NCBI GenBank assembly: GCA_951406725.2
Contig: OX597821.1
Location: 94,488,001 to 94,552,000 of the forward strand
Direction: 5' to 3'
From: Octopus vulgaris
Taxonomy: Eukaryota
Length of the DNA: 64,000 nt
The notes beneath the pieces are model-generated. The model did not search any database, was not told the origin of the DNA, and saw only the letters and a program-made list of their open reading frames with translations. The position numbers were made by a program, and so were the translations under genes. Below, in pieces: positions 1-22,106 of the stretch. Numbering within the stretch: position 1 is the first letter of the stretch; each line of letters begins with the position of its first letter.

Positions 1-171
1 AAAACATTTCAACGTTTAATTATAATTATAAATATTTTGGATGAGGCATAGATAAAACACTAAACTGTAGCCGTCACTTGCAAGCGAGTATGATTTAGTG
101 GCACGTACCATGCATTTCCTAATTGTTTTATGCACCTACATAGCTGTCCAACACTTGACCCAACGGAATAT

Positions 172-442
172 CTAGGTTACGGAGACGTAAACACACCACC
201 ATCGGTCGTCAAGCGACGTTGGGGGACAAACACAGACACACAAACATATACACACACATATATATATGTACATATATACGATGGGCTTCTTTCAGTTTCC
301 GTCTACCAAATCCCCACTCACAAGGCTTTGGTCGGCCCGAGGCTGTAGTAGAAGAAACTCGCCCAAGGTGCCACGCAGTGGGACTGAACCTGAACCATGT
401 GGTTGGTAAGCAAGCTACTTACCACACAGTCACTCCTGCGCC
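172..442 (-). mobile_element. SINE family A (tRNA head, CORE-like segment, internal TA/TG microsatellite), 3'-incomplete
   Basis: Reverse complement of 'ggcgcaggagtgactgtgtggtaagtagcttgcttaccaaccacatggttcaggttcagtcccactgcgtggcaccttgggc'; more than 10 homologous copies in the window. Confidence 0.9.
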
Positions 443-684
443 TATGCTACAATCATTTAATAATGTTGCAGTCGATTAATATTTTGGTAGAAAGTCATTG
501 CATTAGTCTCACACGCAAAAAGGGGTTTCTCCTTTCCTCTCTCCCTTCTCACCCTCCCTTCTCTCCCACTTTCGTTCATTCATACACACAAGTACACACA
601 CACATGATGCATACTTACACATGCGTTTTCTTTCGTCCTCCCTTTTTCTTTCTTCCTGTGAGTATAAATGTGTGCATGTGCGCG

Positions 685-748
<64 letters not shown>

Positions 749-1705
749 CACATTCACACACATATCCATATATATGTATATATGCATTTGCGTGTGTGTA
801 TGTATGTATGCATATAACAAGCACCTATAGCCATTCAGTTAATCAGCCAATTGCGTAAACATACATATGTGTGCGTGCGTAAATTCAGAGGAGAGAGAGG
901 AGAATGAGTGAGCAAATGAGTGAGTGAATGAGTGAGTGGAGTGAGTGAGTGAGTGAGTGAGTGAGTGAGTGAGTGAGTGAGAGTGGGAGAGAGAGAAAGA
1001 GAGAGAGAGGGAGAGATGTACCAATGTCTCTGTAAATGAGAAACTGGCTGGTTTTGGAGATCTTTCAACAAAATTTGTTTTGACAAGTGTCAAGTTTAGC
1101 AGAATAATTTCTCTCTTGTCTGCTTCATTTAGTTGTTATTTGCTTATTTTTCAATTAGAATTCAATTACCAGCATCCATTTTCCTTTCTCTTTCATTGTT
1201 TTTATATTTCTATGTATTTTATTTTACCATCTTTTTCAATTTCAATTCTGTGTGTAAGACAGTTTATTTCCATCTTCTATTAATCTATTTTCTTTCACAC
1301 GGTTCATCTTTATTTTATTTTAATCTATTTACAGCACTCCAAACCAAGAATTACTACATTATTATGTCGAAAATCATCCCATGTTTTATGATTTAACATG
1401 TCGTTTTTGTCCATGATGTAAGCGACATTGAAGTTAGTTCTTTTCTGTTATTAAAGAGTCTCGCTTTCATATTGCTTCAAACACATATCTGTTCGTATGA
1501 TGAAACAAATAGTTAATTTAGGCGAACAGCTTGATTTCACGATAACAATAACAGAGAACTGATTGTATTTATTATTCAATAAATCAAGATAGTGAACTAC
1601 AGATATACAAACGAATATTAAAATTTTTGACTGTCTTTTTGTGTGTATGTATGTCTCCGTGTGTTTTATGAATGTCTATATTTTTGTGTATGTATATATG
1701 TATGT

Positions 1706-2013
1706 GTGGAGGCGCAATGGCCTAGTGGTTAGGGCAGCGAACTCGCGGTCGTAGGATCGCGGTTTCGATTCCCAGACCGGGCGTTGTGTGTGTTTATTGA
1801 GCGAAAACACCTTAAAGCTCCACGAGCCTCCGGCAGGGGGTGGTGATCCCTGCTGTACTCTTTCACCACTCTTTCTTTCACTCTTTCTTCTGTTGGCCTG
1901 CTCGCTTAGCCAGCGGGGTGGCGTCATTCGAAGGCTAAAACAATGCGAACGCATTGTGACCAGCGATGTGTAGCAACATCTGATGGTCTGGTCTGTCATG
2001 TGATCATGTGATA
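1706..2013 (+). mobile_element. SINE family B, tail type 1 (tRNA-Arg-like head)
   Basis: A-box 'tggcctagtgg', B-box-like 'ggtttcgattcc'; head shared with 39141 and 46297; tail ends 'gtgatcatgtgata'. Confidence 0.85.
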
Positions 2014-2019
2014 TACGTA

Positions 2020-2084
<65 letters not shown>

Positions 2085-2094
2085 TTTCTTCTGT

Positions 2095-2289
2095 GAAGAC
2101 ACCTGGCTAAGTGGTTACAGTATTAGGCTCATGGTCGTAACGTCGTGAGTTCGATCCCAGACGGCGTGTTGTGTCCTTGAGGAAGACACTTTATATCATG
2201 TTACTTCAGTCCACACATCCAGCAAAAAATGAATTGTACTTGTAATTAATTTTAAGAGCCAGCCTTGTCACATTCTGTCACGCTGAATC
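2095..2289 (+). mobile_element. SINE family D (tRNA head + CORE-like + start of type-2 tail), truncated
   Basis: 'tggctaagtgg...gagttcgatccc', CORE-like 'tgtgtccttgaggaagacacttta', then 'gccttgtcacattctgtcacgctgaat' as at ~39362; opposite-strand homolog at 62935-63236. Confidence 0.75.
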
Positions 2290-2972
2290 GGTAGATAATA
2301 CTGTGATGACATTTTCAGACAACTGCTTATGATGTGGGTGATATATTCAGTGTGAACCCCATAAAGTCTGTATCGGTTGTCACATTTTACGGCTTTTTCT
2401 GCATCCCTTTTGTACATCAGATATATGGTTGATTATTTCCTGTTCCTGGATTGCAAACGCATACCTCCAAAGAGGGAGTTAGTAAACCGGTTGTTGGTCT
2501 AAGAGACTACTTTGAAGATTAATGTTACTACGATCCCGAAGGTTTCCACTAACATATCCAGGCATAGTCTTCTGCTGATATACGCTCATCCTTTCATATG
2601 ATGATTCGTTGCAGTAAAGTCATGCGATTTCTTTGGGCGTGTATTTAAGGTTATCAGGCAAGGAATGCTACTCAAGGAGCTGCTTTCCAGGTCTTATATA
2701 TGCAAACTTGGTCAAGGATGCACTTCGATACGTGTTGGTAAAAAGATGTTGCCGAACGGATATGATACGACATTCAAAGGGAGTTTGGATCGATGCTGAG
2801 TCTATGCCTCCTTGTTTTCGTTTTAGGTAGAGACAATCTACGTCGCTGTTGGTATAGAAATTATGTGTGCTGGTTAGAATCTTCTGCGATTTCATATCAA
2901 AGGCTCGGACCTCATAAAGCGTCCAATCAAGTAGCCCAAATGTTGGTATGAGTACTGGCACTGCAAACACCT
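2290..2972 (-). pseudogene. Non-LTR retrotransposon RT C-terminal relic, R4/Dong-like clade
   Basis: ORF 2668-2970 FAVPVLIPTFGLLDWT...NSDVDCLYLKRKQGG matches the R4-type 'FG...WT...SDVDRLYLPRK.GGRGL' motif; downstream 'YRLYGVHTEYITHIISSC' resembles a decayed CCHC knuckle; frameshifted. Confidence 0.75.
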
Positions 2973-3179
2973 TGTATGTATGTATGTATGTATGTATGTA
3001 TGTATGTATGTATGTATGTATGTATTTATGTGTGTGTGTATGTATGTATGTATGTATGTATGTATGTATGTATGCATGTATGTATGTATGTATGTATGTA
3101 TGCGCGTACGTGCGTGTGTGTGCGTGTACGTGTGTGTATTTGTATGTGTGTGTGTGTGATTATGTATGTGCATAGGTTT

Positions 3180-3700
3180 CTATATGTGCTGATGAGAAGA
3201 GAACTACGGCTGACCATTTTGTTTAAGTGTTTAGGTAACTGGTCAGATGATTGTGAATTCGCATTTTCTGGTAGTCTCTGGACAATTTTATGACGTACAC
3301 ACATGTTAATTCTAATTTAGATACCAGGCTTGTATTTATAATGTGTAAGAAGATATTTTAAGGTGCTAATGCAGTTATTAAGATAATTATCAGTTTTTGG
3401 TAGAGAAAAGTGGTTTAGAAACCGTCTCGCGCATTTCACTTCTTGCTGTAGTACGACTTCACGAAAAATCATTTCTTTTTTGTGTGTGTGTATGTTGGAA
3501 ATCTTTAATAATTTTCCATCGAAAGAGAGAGTATTTGATCTCGTAGAAGGTGTGCTGAAAACTTAGTTAACGAAAACCAGTTTTTATTTCCAGTTGGAAT
3601 TATTTTCACATACGCGAGTTTTGTCATACCCGGAGAAAGGAAACATGAACAGATATTGAGTCATATGTCGGTTGGTCGATTGACGTACTTTGCGGTTTCT
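3180..3700 (-). pseudogene. Possible highly decayed Tc1/mariner-type transposase N-terminal half
   Basis: Broken minus-strand peptides resembling 'PSR.TI', 'GRP.TARS', 'LH.YKIQ' and 'NKQN' motifs; many stops and frameshifts. Confidence 0.3.
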
Positions 3701-3919
3701 GGCTTTGTAAGAGAGAGAAAAAAGTAAAAGTTGTCATTGTTTGGAACGCTTTATTCTCTTTTCTACATTGACATATTTTGAGATTTATAAAAAGTATAAT
3801 ATAATAAATGAAAAAAAAAATATAAGTAACACAGGTATTATACTATATAAAGGAAATGTGTTTGATAAAAAACATACATACATAATACATGTATTATAAT
3901 ACGCAATTCAAAATGTGAC

Positions 3920-4120
3920 CGCGTGTGTGCCGTTGGCGATTTTGTTCCTCTGTCTTCCCTTCTCTGGATCTTTCCTTCTCCTATGTTTCCGACGAAGAGC
4001 TCCGCTCGAAACGTTGAACCCTCCTTCTTTCCTTCTTTCCTGAGCGTCCAATATACTATATTTGTTCCACGTCCTCGCGTTGTTGTGTTTTTTTGTGCTT
4101 TCATGTTTGGATTAACTTTA
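3920..4120 (+). mobile_element. Short repeat with a minimal hammerhead-like motif (Penelope-associated type), adjacent to (CATA)n
   Basis: 3985-4019: gttt-CCGACGA-a-gagc(tcc)gctc-GAAAC-GTT-gaac; downstream 'ttcctgagcg' shared with the 35380 element. Confidence 0.6.
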
Positions 4121-5314
4121 CATAATACATACATACATACATACATACATACATACACACATACATGCATGCATACATACATACATACATGCATGCATAC
4201 ATACATACATACATACGTACATATATACATACATACATGTGTGTGTGTGAGCATGTATGTATTCATGCATGCATATATGTATATATGTAATTTTTCAATT
4301 GCATGTATGTATGTATATTTGTATGTGTGTATGTATGTTTCTGTTTGTGTGTGTGTGTGTAACGGGAATTTATTAATAATACGTTTATTATTGGTTCTGG
4401 CGCGTCCATGAGAAATCGAACATTTCTGATTTTCAAGTTAACAAAAAGCTTCTTCAGAAAATGCCTCTAGCAGAGAGAAAAGTGTTCAGAAATGGATACA
4501 ACAAAATCAGCTTTCAATGAATGAATGCTGTGAAGAAGAAAGAAAAAAAAAGGTTGAAAGACGAAATTGGCAGACAAAGAAAGGTAAGATAGAATGGTGA
4601 TGGGAGATAGAGAGAGAAATGAAGCTTTGCAGAGATAAAGAATCTTACAGATCACTGGTGTCGCTAAAGGAAATAAACTGGTGATGGAGAGAAGATATAT
4701 CTATTTCTTTTAAGATCACCGCCAAATTGCTTGGTCTTACTCTCCTTGTACGAATAAATACAAGCTGGACTCTCATGTATATGTGTTATAGGCTAAATCA
4801 ATGTATAATGCCATCCGTAGAAAAGACTGCCCTTGGGATACATACAGAAATTAATGCTACTGCCATTGAATACGTATCAACACGAGGAATATTAGAACAT
4901 TTTCATCAGAATCTCCACCAAGTGACTAATTTATCACGTGGATGTTGAAACACGTGGCTAAGAAACCGACATATTTAAAAGAACGGCAGTAAATTATGTA
5001 AAGCTCCGTGTAAAATTTGACAATTTCTCACAAAAGAGGGTTACTGAGATACAATTGTTTTCCTAATTTATTTCTTTTCTTTAATTTTTTTTGTTCGTGA
5101 CCCTTTGATATTGCACGAAGGTAATAAAAAAAATCCTTTTATTCTTTTGTTTTCATTCTGTTCACGACCTGTCAAAAAAAAAAAAACCCCAAAAAAAAAC
5201 ACAACCACATGTTCTCGTAAAAGTACGAACTTACTTTTACGAACTTACTAATACACAAATTAAAACAAAAACACAAACACACACATTCACAAAGATACAT
5301 ACATACATATATAC

Positions 5315-5422
<108 letters not shown>

Positions 5423-5809
5423 GTATGTATGTAATTATAAGTATATATAATTATTCTGAATGCTATAAAAGTCTAAGCAGACGAAGAGACTCAATACAAT
5501 GGAACAGAAATAACACAGACACACATTATATGTATATAATTATAACTATATACGATTATATCATTCGCTGTAAAATCTTAAGCAAACGAAGAATCCCAAA
5601 ACAATACTTACAATAGAATATAAAATTTTTATGTGCGTATGTGTGTCACCGTCTGTCTGTTGATTGTTTGTTTGACAGTCTCTATGTCTATATGCATGCA
5701 TGTATAAACGTGTGAGTGTGTGAGGCGGATTGGCTGAGGTGTTAGAATGTCGAATAGAATGAGTTGTAGTATTTTCCCTGTTTCTCTGCGCTTTTGAGTT
5801 TCATCTACC

Positions 5810-6229
5810 TATTTCTTTACTACCCACAAGGGGCTAAACACAGAGAGGACAAACAAGGACAGGCAAAGTGATTAAGTCGATTATATCGACCCCAGTGCGT
5901 AACTGGTACTTATTTAATCGACCCCGAAAGGATGAAAGGCAAAGTCGACCTCGGCGGAATTTGAACTCAGAACGTAGCGGCAGACGAAATACCTATTTCT
6001 ATTTCTTTATTACCCACAAGGGGCTAAACACAGAGGGGACAAACAAGGACAGACATAGGTATTAAGTCGATTACATCGACCCCAGTGCGTAACTGGTACT
6101 TATTTAATCGACCCCGAAAGGATGAAAGGCAAAGTCGACCTCGGCGGAATTTGAACTCAGAACGTAGCAGCAGACAAAATACTGGTAAGCATTTCGCCCG
6201 GCGTGCTAACGTTTCTGCTAGCTCGCCGC
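5810..6229 (-). mobile_element. SINE family C head-to-tail dimer
   Basis: Two ~185-bp body/tail units and one head; flanked by TSD cttttgagtttcat[c/a]tacc (5791-5809 and 6230-6248); sits inside an older opposite-strand C-like relic. Confidence 0.9.
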
Positions 6230-6446
6230 CTTTTGAGTTTCATATACCGCTGAGGGCAGTTATTCCGTTCATCCATTTAACATCGATAAATTCAGTATCA
6301 TTCCTGCGGTGTAGATTGACACATTTACTACAGCGATGGACAATATGTACTGCAGCTTGTAATCGGACCATCTGGGGTTTTCAGTTAAAAAATATGAAAC
6401 TCTTCAATTGTAAGGTTAACATAATAAAGAAACTCTCTTTCTTTCT

Positions 6447-6933
<487 letters not shown>

Positions 6934-7011
6934 TCATGAAATTCACAGAACTGATACAGAACCCTAAATGCCATATGTACCTATAGGGTGCGGTAGAATA
7001 TATATATATCC

Positions 7012-7158
7012 TGGCACACCGTCGGTTACGACGACGTACGTGTATTTTAGTTGATCTGATCAACAGACCAGTCTGCTTATGAAATTAACGTGCAAGTGGC
7101 TGAGCACTCCACAGATACGTGAACGCATAACGTAATTCCCAGGGAGATTCAACATGAT
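7012..7158 (-). mobile_element. Type-2 SINE tail fragment
   Basis: Reverse complement of the 39380-39520 tail ('ccgtcggttacgacgac', 'gaaattaacgtgcaagtggctgagcactccacaga'). Confidence 0.75.
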
Positions 7159-7171
7159 GTGTTTTTTTTTC

Positions 7172-7366
7172 TGTGTTTATTGAGCGAAAACACCTAAAAG
7201 TAGGGGGGGTGATCCCTGCTGTACTCTTTCACCACTCTTTCTCTCTTTCTTCTGTTGGCCTGCTCGCTTAGCCAGCGGGGCGGCGTCGTTCGAAGGCTAA
7301 AACAATGCGAACGCATTGTGACCAGCGATGTGTAGCAACATCTGATGGTCTGGTCGGTCACGTGAT

Positions 7367-7376
<10 letters not shown>
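7172..7376 (+). mobile_element. SINE family B tail type 1, 5'-truncated
   Basis: Matches 1790-2013 from 'tgtgtttattgagcgaaaacacc'. Confidence 0.85.
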
Positions 7377-7416
<40 letters not shown>

Positions 7417-7977
7417 ATGTATGTATGTATATATGTGATATGTATATACTAAAAGTCAAGGTACAATTTGCACCTGTTTTAATATATTTTGTCTATTTGG
7501 ATAATGTTAATTGGCCGCTTTATCATTATTTTTTTAAAGATAATGATAACTTATTTGAATTTTGTGTGCGCGCGTGTGTGTGTGTGTGTGTGTGCGTGCG
7601 TGTGTGTGTGTGTGTGTGTGCGTGTGCGTGTGTGTGTGTGTGCGTATGTGCAAGTGCGCGCGTGTGTATGTATACATACATACATCTCTTCGCAAATACT
7701 GATCGGGCGCAGACAGTGTGTCGTTAGCCAGCTGGAGGAGATGTCTTCCTGGGGCAATAAACTACAGTAGCATCGTCCCATGTGGGTCAGCCGCATTTAG
7801 GGTGGCAAATATACTTCACGATATATATACATATATGCAATTTGTGGACACTGACCTTAATACGTCGAAATCACGGTCAATTAATTATTATGAATATTAG
7901 AGTCAGCATATGTATGCCTTCCTTTATTTAGTGAATGTACATTGTTTTTCTATGCATTTGAAAGCGCTTATTTTCAA

Positions 7978-8080
<103 letters not shown>

Positions 8081-8575
8081 CATACATATACATGCATACA
8101 TACATATATGCATGTGTGTGTATGTATGTCTGTATTTATGTATATCCTCTCATATACAAAAATACACACATATATACTGCTTTGTATACTTCCTTAAAAA
8201 CATTATAATGAATGAACCACTGTGTATTTAGTTTTCTCGAGTGTAAGTGTGTAAAGCGTGAGCTCATTTCATTAGTTCATTTCACTTAACGGAAAATATT
8301 GTGCGTATGTGTTAACTGAAGCGTAAGATGTACTATTTTGAAAAGATTGTTTGTAAATATATTTTTAATGTGCTTATCGCAGCACGAGAAAGAAACGTGT
8401 TTTCTTTCCTTGGTGCTACATCATATTTCATGTGTATGGCCTATTTTGTCCGTGCAAATAATAGCTTCTTGGAGCTAGACACAAGACCGGTTATCTTTGG
8501 GTGTGAAAAGTACGAAAGTAAATATAGAAAAAGTTAAAAAACAATGTTTTTTTTCTTCTCAAAAATGTAAGCAAA

Positions 8576-8688
8576 GGCGCGGCTTGGTGGTAAGAAGCTT
8601 GCTTCCAAACCACAAGATTCCGTATTCAGTTCCACAGCGTGGCACCTTGGACAAGTACTTTACACTATAGCCTCGGGCTATAGTGTAA
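8576..8688 (+). mobile_element. SINE A head fragment ending in a perfect hairpin
   Basis: Family A head up to 'ctatagcctcggg', then fold-back: ttacactatagcc-tcg-ggctatagtgtaa (8660-8688). Confidence 0.75.
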
Positions 8689-8711
8689 CTTTGAAAACAA
8701 AAGTGAAAACA

Positions 8712-8811
8712 NNNNNNNNNNNNNNNNNNNNNNNNNNNNNNNNNNNNNNNNNNNNNNNNNNNNNNNNNNNNNNNNNNNNNNNNNNNNNNNNNNNNNNNNN
8801 NNNNNNNNNNN
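8712..8811. other. Assembly gap of 100 N
   Basis: Run of exactly 100 N, a usual placeholder for a gap of unknown size. Confidence 0.99.
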
Positions 8812-8964
8812 AGTATAGAATGCTTATCTATTATACAGAGCAATCATAAATTAGACTATCACGGTTATCTTTATTTGCATAGTTGTTCTTTTGTTGGCTT
8901 CATATTAAACAGCATATTGCACAGCGCAGCACGATTTGAAAGAGTTGAAATAATTTTATATGTA

Positions 8965-9142
8965 GGTGCAAGAGTGGCTGCGTGGTAAGTAGCTTGTTTA
9001 CCAACCACATGGTTCCGGGTTAAGTCCCACTGCGTGGCATGCGTGGCACCTTGGGCAAGTGTCTTCTGCTATAGCCTCGGGCCGACCAAAGCCTTGTGAG
9101 TGGATTTAGTAGACGGAAACTGAAAGAAGCCCGTCGTATATA

Positions 9143-9217
<75 letters not shown>

Positions 9218-9424
9218 ATGTTTGTGTGTCTGTGTTTGTCCCCTAGCATTGCTTGACAACCAATGCTGGTGTGTTTATGTCCCCGTCACTAAGCGGTTCG
9301 GCAAAAGAGACCGATAGAATAAGTACTGGGCTTACAAAGAATAAGTCCCGGGGTCGAGTTGCTCGATTAAAGGCGGTGCACCAGCATGGCCGCAGTCAAA
9401 ATGACTGAAACAAGTAAAAAGAGA
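8965..9424 (+). mobile_element. SINE family A, full length
   Basis: Head, internal (TA)n(TG)n, tail 'atgactgaaacaagtaaaaagag'. Confidence 0.92.
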
Positions 9425-9463
9425 AAGAAATGTATGTGTGCGTGTGTATCTGTGTATGTCACG

Positions 9464-9532
<69 letters not shown>

Positions 9533-9576
9533 AATCTATCTATAGATCTATCTATAGATCTATCTATCTAACTCAT

Positions 9577-18116
<8,540 letters not shown>

Positions 18117-18626
18117 AAAGTTATGATTTAAATATCTTTAGTAAATAAAAAGTATCAAACTTGAGCAACCTTCAGTCTTTCAACCTAACCAGTTTCAAAT
18201 GTGATGATGATGACAGAAATTCCCTTTATACGATTAGATGTTAAGAAACAACATATTTTGGGGGCGCTTGATACCATACGCCTCATGTTTGCGGAATTTA
18301 TCTGCAAATATGCTCACGCTTTGCTTAATTTAGTGTGACTAACATTGCAAACTAGATGAGACATGTTTTGTTGAACTTTTAACTGTCTCTTATGAAAATT
18401 GTTATTTTGAATGTGCCCTTAATGTTTTGATTGTGAGGTCACATGGGTCAAGGTTACCTTTCGTTGCGCATGGTCAAAGAACTGCAAAAAGAACTTCATG
18501 GTATGTATGCTCTTTATGGAACTTTGCCATCACAAATCTGCATTTGCTTACTTTATAACTGTTGACTATTCTGAAAATGCTTTCCCAGCTGACAACTGGC
18601 TTCAACATGATTTGTATTTCAGAAAT

Positions 18627-19260
18627 ATGGTCAGTTGTGGGAGAAGAGAATGTAAAAACAGTCCCGATGTCTTCTGCTTATTTCTGGATAAGGCAGTGAA
18701 GTAAATTCACAGATTTTATGAAGAAATTTTACCTTACTTCTTTATTTACTTTAGCATGAAACTGGGTGAGAAGACAAAGCTTGGGCATCCCATATAGGGT
18801 GCAAACATGTGTTGAAACACTGAGACAGTGACTGCTTCAAATGCATAAGCAGAAACTTTCCAGTTTTGTCTTGTAAGAAAAAAAAAGGTTGGTGTGCTTG
18901 ATGGGCAACATATTAGGTGACTATCGCAGGGCGAGCTATTTTCGGAAACCATGTCTGGCATTGAAAAAGAAGCATAGAATGCTTTTGTTGCAGTTTTATC
19001 TGATTTCACGAGAAACAGGAAGCCATCAAATTAAGAAGATCTTGTGCAGACCCTGTTAACCAGACTTTCGAGCACTCGGCTACAATATCAAAGGAAATGT
19101 GCATTTCCTGCACCGTCATCTGGACTACTTCCTTGAAAATTCTCAGGCAAAAGTGATGAGCAAGGAAAAAATATTCCTCCAAGACATCGAGAATATGGGG
19201 ACTAGGTGTAAAGGTAGGTGGAACACCAGCATGGTGCTGTCTACTGCTGATCACTGCAAA
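18627..19260 (+). pseudogene. Chapaev3-type (CMC superfamily) transposase relic, internally deleted
   Basis: N-terminal MVSCGRRECKNSPDVFC, 'KLGEKTKLG.HP' corresponding to D.DK.WAPH, C-terminal HFLHRHLDYFLEN...QDIENM..RCKGRWN..DHC typical of this family. Confidence 0.7.
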
Positions 19261-19703
19261 GAGACTATCATGATACAATTTCTTCACATAGAAAACATTC
19301 AAAGAGAACATATTCAAAACTTGTCTATACCGACACAACAACTAATTTTACGTCCACTACTTGGAAAACACTTACATCACTACCTCAGCACATTTGGAAA
19401 TGAACACTACCAACATTACATGGAAAAATTATTCACTTTCAGAGAAGCTCCACAACACCTGCTTGCCACTCCAATCTTGAACAAAACCGAATTTATAACG
19501 ACCTTTATATACCAAACTTCACAGGGAATAACTTTAAAGTTGGACCATCACATGCTTGATGAAATACAATCGATATTATTTAATTCATGAGTAGTCAAAG
19601 GCATCCTTTAGGTTCAGTCATGATTACAGATGACTCCAAAGACAATAATACGAAACCTATGTTTCTGTGTACCAGCATAGTAAAAATATATGTATATATA
19701 AAG

Positions 19704-19759
<56 letters not shown>

Positions 19760-20025
19760 GAAATGAGGTAATCAGAAGATCGGATGGTTCATATTTATTT
19801 ATATATTACATTTTTTACATATATATATCATATCATTCAGATCATATCATTCGGATTATTAGCGCTTTCTCCCATTCCAGTGGGGTTTTCAAATCAAATA
19901 TATATATATATATATATTCTTTTTTCTTTTATACGTTTCAGCCCTAAGGCCGTGGTCATGCTGGAGCACCGCCATACATGCATACATATACATACGTACG
20001 TATGTGTGTATATATATACACACAT

Positions 20026-20078
<53 letters not shown>

Positions 20079-20580
20079 TGTATGTATACATACATACATA
20101 CATACATAGACATAGGCACATATGCACTGTACTCGTATATATGTACGAACAGATCATGTTCAGATGTACAGACATGTAGACGGAAATGTGAGAGGGATGC
20201 AAGATTTTGTACTAGTGTGTACGAGTGTGTATGTGTGTGCATATGTGTGTATGTACGTGCATGTATATCTGTGTGTGTTTGTTTGTGCGTGTGCGCGTGC
20301 GTGTGAGCGTGCTGTGTGTTAAAGTGTGGAATACAACTCAAGATACCGCATACACGTTTTGCAATTTTGACTTCAATTTTTTGCCTGTGGACAGGAGGAA
20401 CCGTTGAAAAGCCGCTCTTTAATCTTCTTATAATCCATTAATAAAACACGGTTCTTCACTGATGTTCCTAGACCAAAGAATAACAAATGTCGATCCAGGC
20501 GCAGATTAAACGCGCAAGTAATTAGCACCAATGTGCGAAATGTAAAAGTCTACCTCTCTCTTTCTTTCTCTCTACCATCT

Positions 20581-20862
20581 GTGATGATGATGATGATGGT
20601 GGTGGTGGCTGTTGTGATGGTGGTGGTGGTGCTAGTGACGGTGGTGGGGCTAGTGGTGGTAGTGGTAGGGATGCTGGTGGTGGCGCTAGTTGTATGGTGG
20701 TGCTAGTGGTACTGGTGGTGCTGGTGGTGATGACGATGATAATGATGATGACGACGACGTCGACGACGACGATGATGATGATGATGATGATGATGACGAC
20801 GACGATGACAATGACGACGACAATGATGATGTAGAGGTGGATGAGGAGGAGGAAGAGGAGGC
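20581..20862. repeat. Compound trinucleotide microsatellite (GAT/GGT/GAC/GGA)
   Basis: Seen directly. Confidence 0.9.
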
Positions 20863-22035
20863 ATGAAGCTGCTATACTTTAAACCTTTAGTCGGACCCGA
20901 CCGAGCAGATCTGTGGTTAAAATCAAGCGTTCCAACCATGACCATCCGAGTCTTACTACGGGTGTCGATTATTCTATGCGTCCCTTCCTTTTAAAGAGAA
21001 GACGCCTGACTATTATTTCTAGCAGGTCAGGTAATTATGCTCAAACTCACCAAATGGCTCATCATTTTATGCGTATTTGATGGCAAACATGACTCCAGTA
21101 GCATTCATTGGTAAAATGCTTCTGCGCCATCTCTTAATATAATATTTAAACAACTGCAAAACATTTGTGCAAGAGATTTGTCTGTTGGATATAACAGTCT
21201 GTTCATTTGTAGCTTAATTATCAGACTGTCTGACATAACAGAGATGGTGTCTCCCACATACAACGATAACAACAAATATACACACATGTAAAATATGCAT
21301 TACATATATACATACAATACAGTGCATATGTACATGCATACATACATACATACATACATACATACATACATACATACAAGCACTTTGTATTTTGTATGGT
21401 TCGCAAATCGATTAAGATAATATTGTTTTAACTGTCATCGCTAACATAAAATCCTTTTCTTTTTCCTACTGTTCGAATGTGTAATTATTATAGTTGACTT
21501 TGTATAAATATCTTCCTTGTCTTATTCTATATGAAAATATATTAATATTTTTGTTAACCGATCTCTCTCTATGATTTATGCAGTATTTATTTCCGGTAAT
21601 TTAGCGTACCTAAACGAAGACGTTTGAAAAATAACTGCAAATATAATAGATAGAACTACATGCATTTTCGACCTCGTGTTGATATCTGGTGTGAAGTTCT
21701 ACAAATTACATCTTGCAAAGAGGATCACACTGATGATCTACAGATAAATTGTGTAAGTAAAATTACGTAATTTATTGATAATAAAACTATTGTTTGTGAT
21801 TAATCTATATTTTTGTTATTTTTCATTTGTCTTGCTCGCTTACGTTTCTGGTGTGCTAAATTTTCTGGAGAAAAATTCTTAGTGGTTGAGATCATAGCGG
21901 ATCTTCTAGCATAAGGGCTTCTTATATTTATGTATGAAATACTATTTACTGAATCTCAGTTTTTTTTTTATGCTAGACAATTGGTGTTAAAATTGATGTT
22001 ATCAAATTAATATCCAATTTTTCAGCCTCATTTTG

Positions 22036-22106
<71 letters not shown>

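Noticed and set aside
3189-3215. CTGATGAG word
   Set aside because: No stem II or GAAA box follows
4715-4950. Possible mariner C-terminal 'PP.SPDL.P.D' remnant
   Set aside because: Requires several frameshifts; too weak to list as a feature
21731-21770. Canonical CTGATGA followed by a weak hairpin
   Set aside because: No properly placed GAAA or closing stem I, so not a supportable hammerhead
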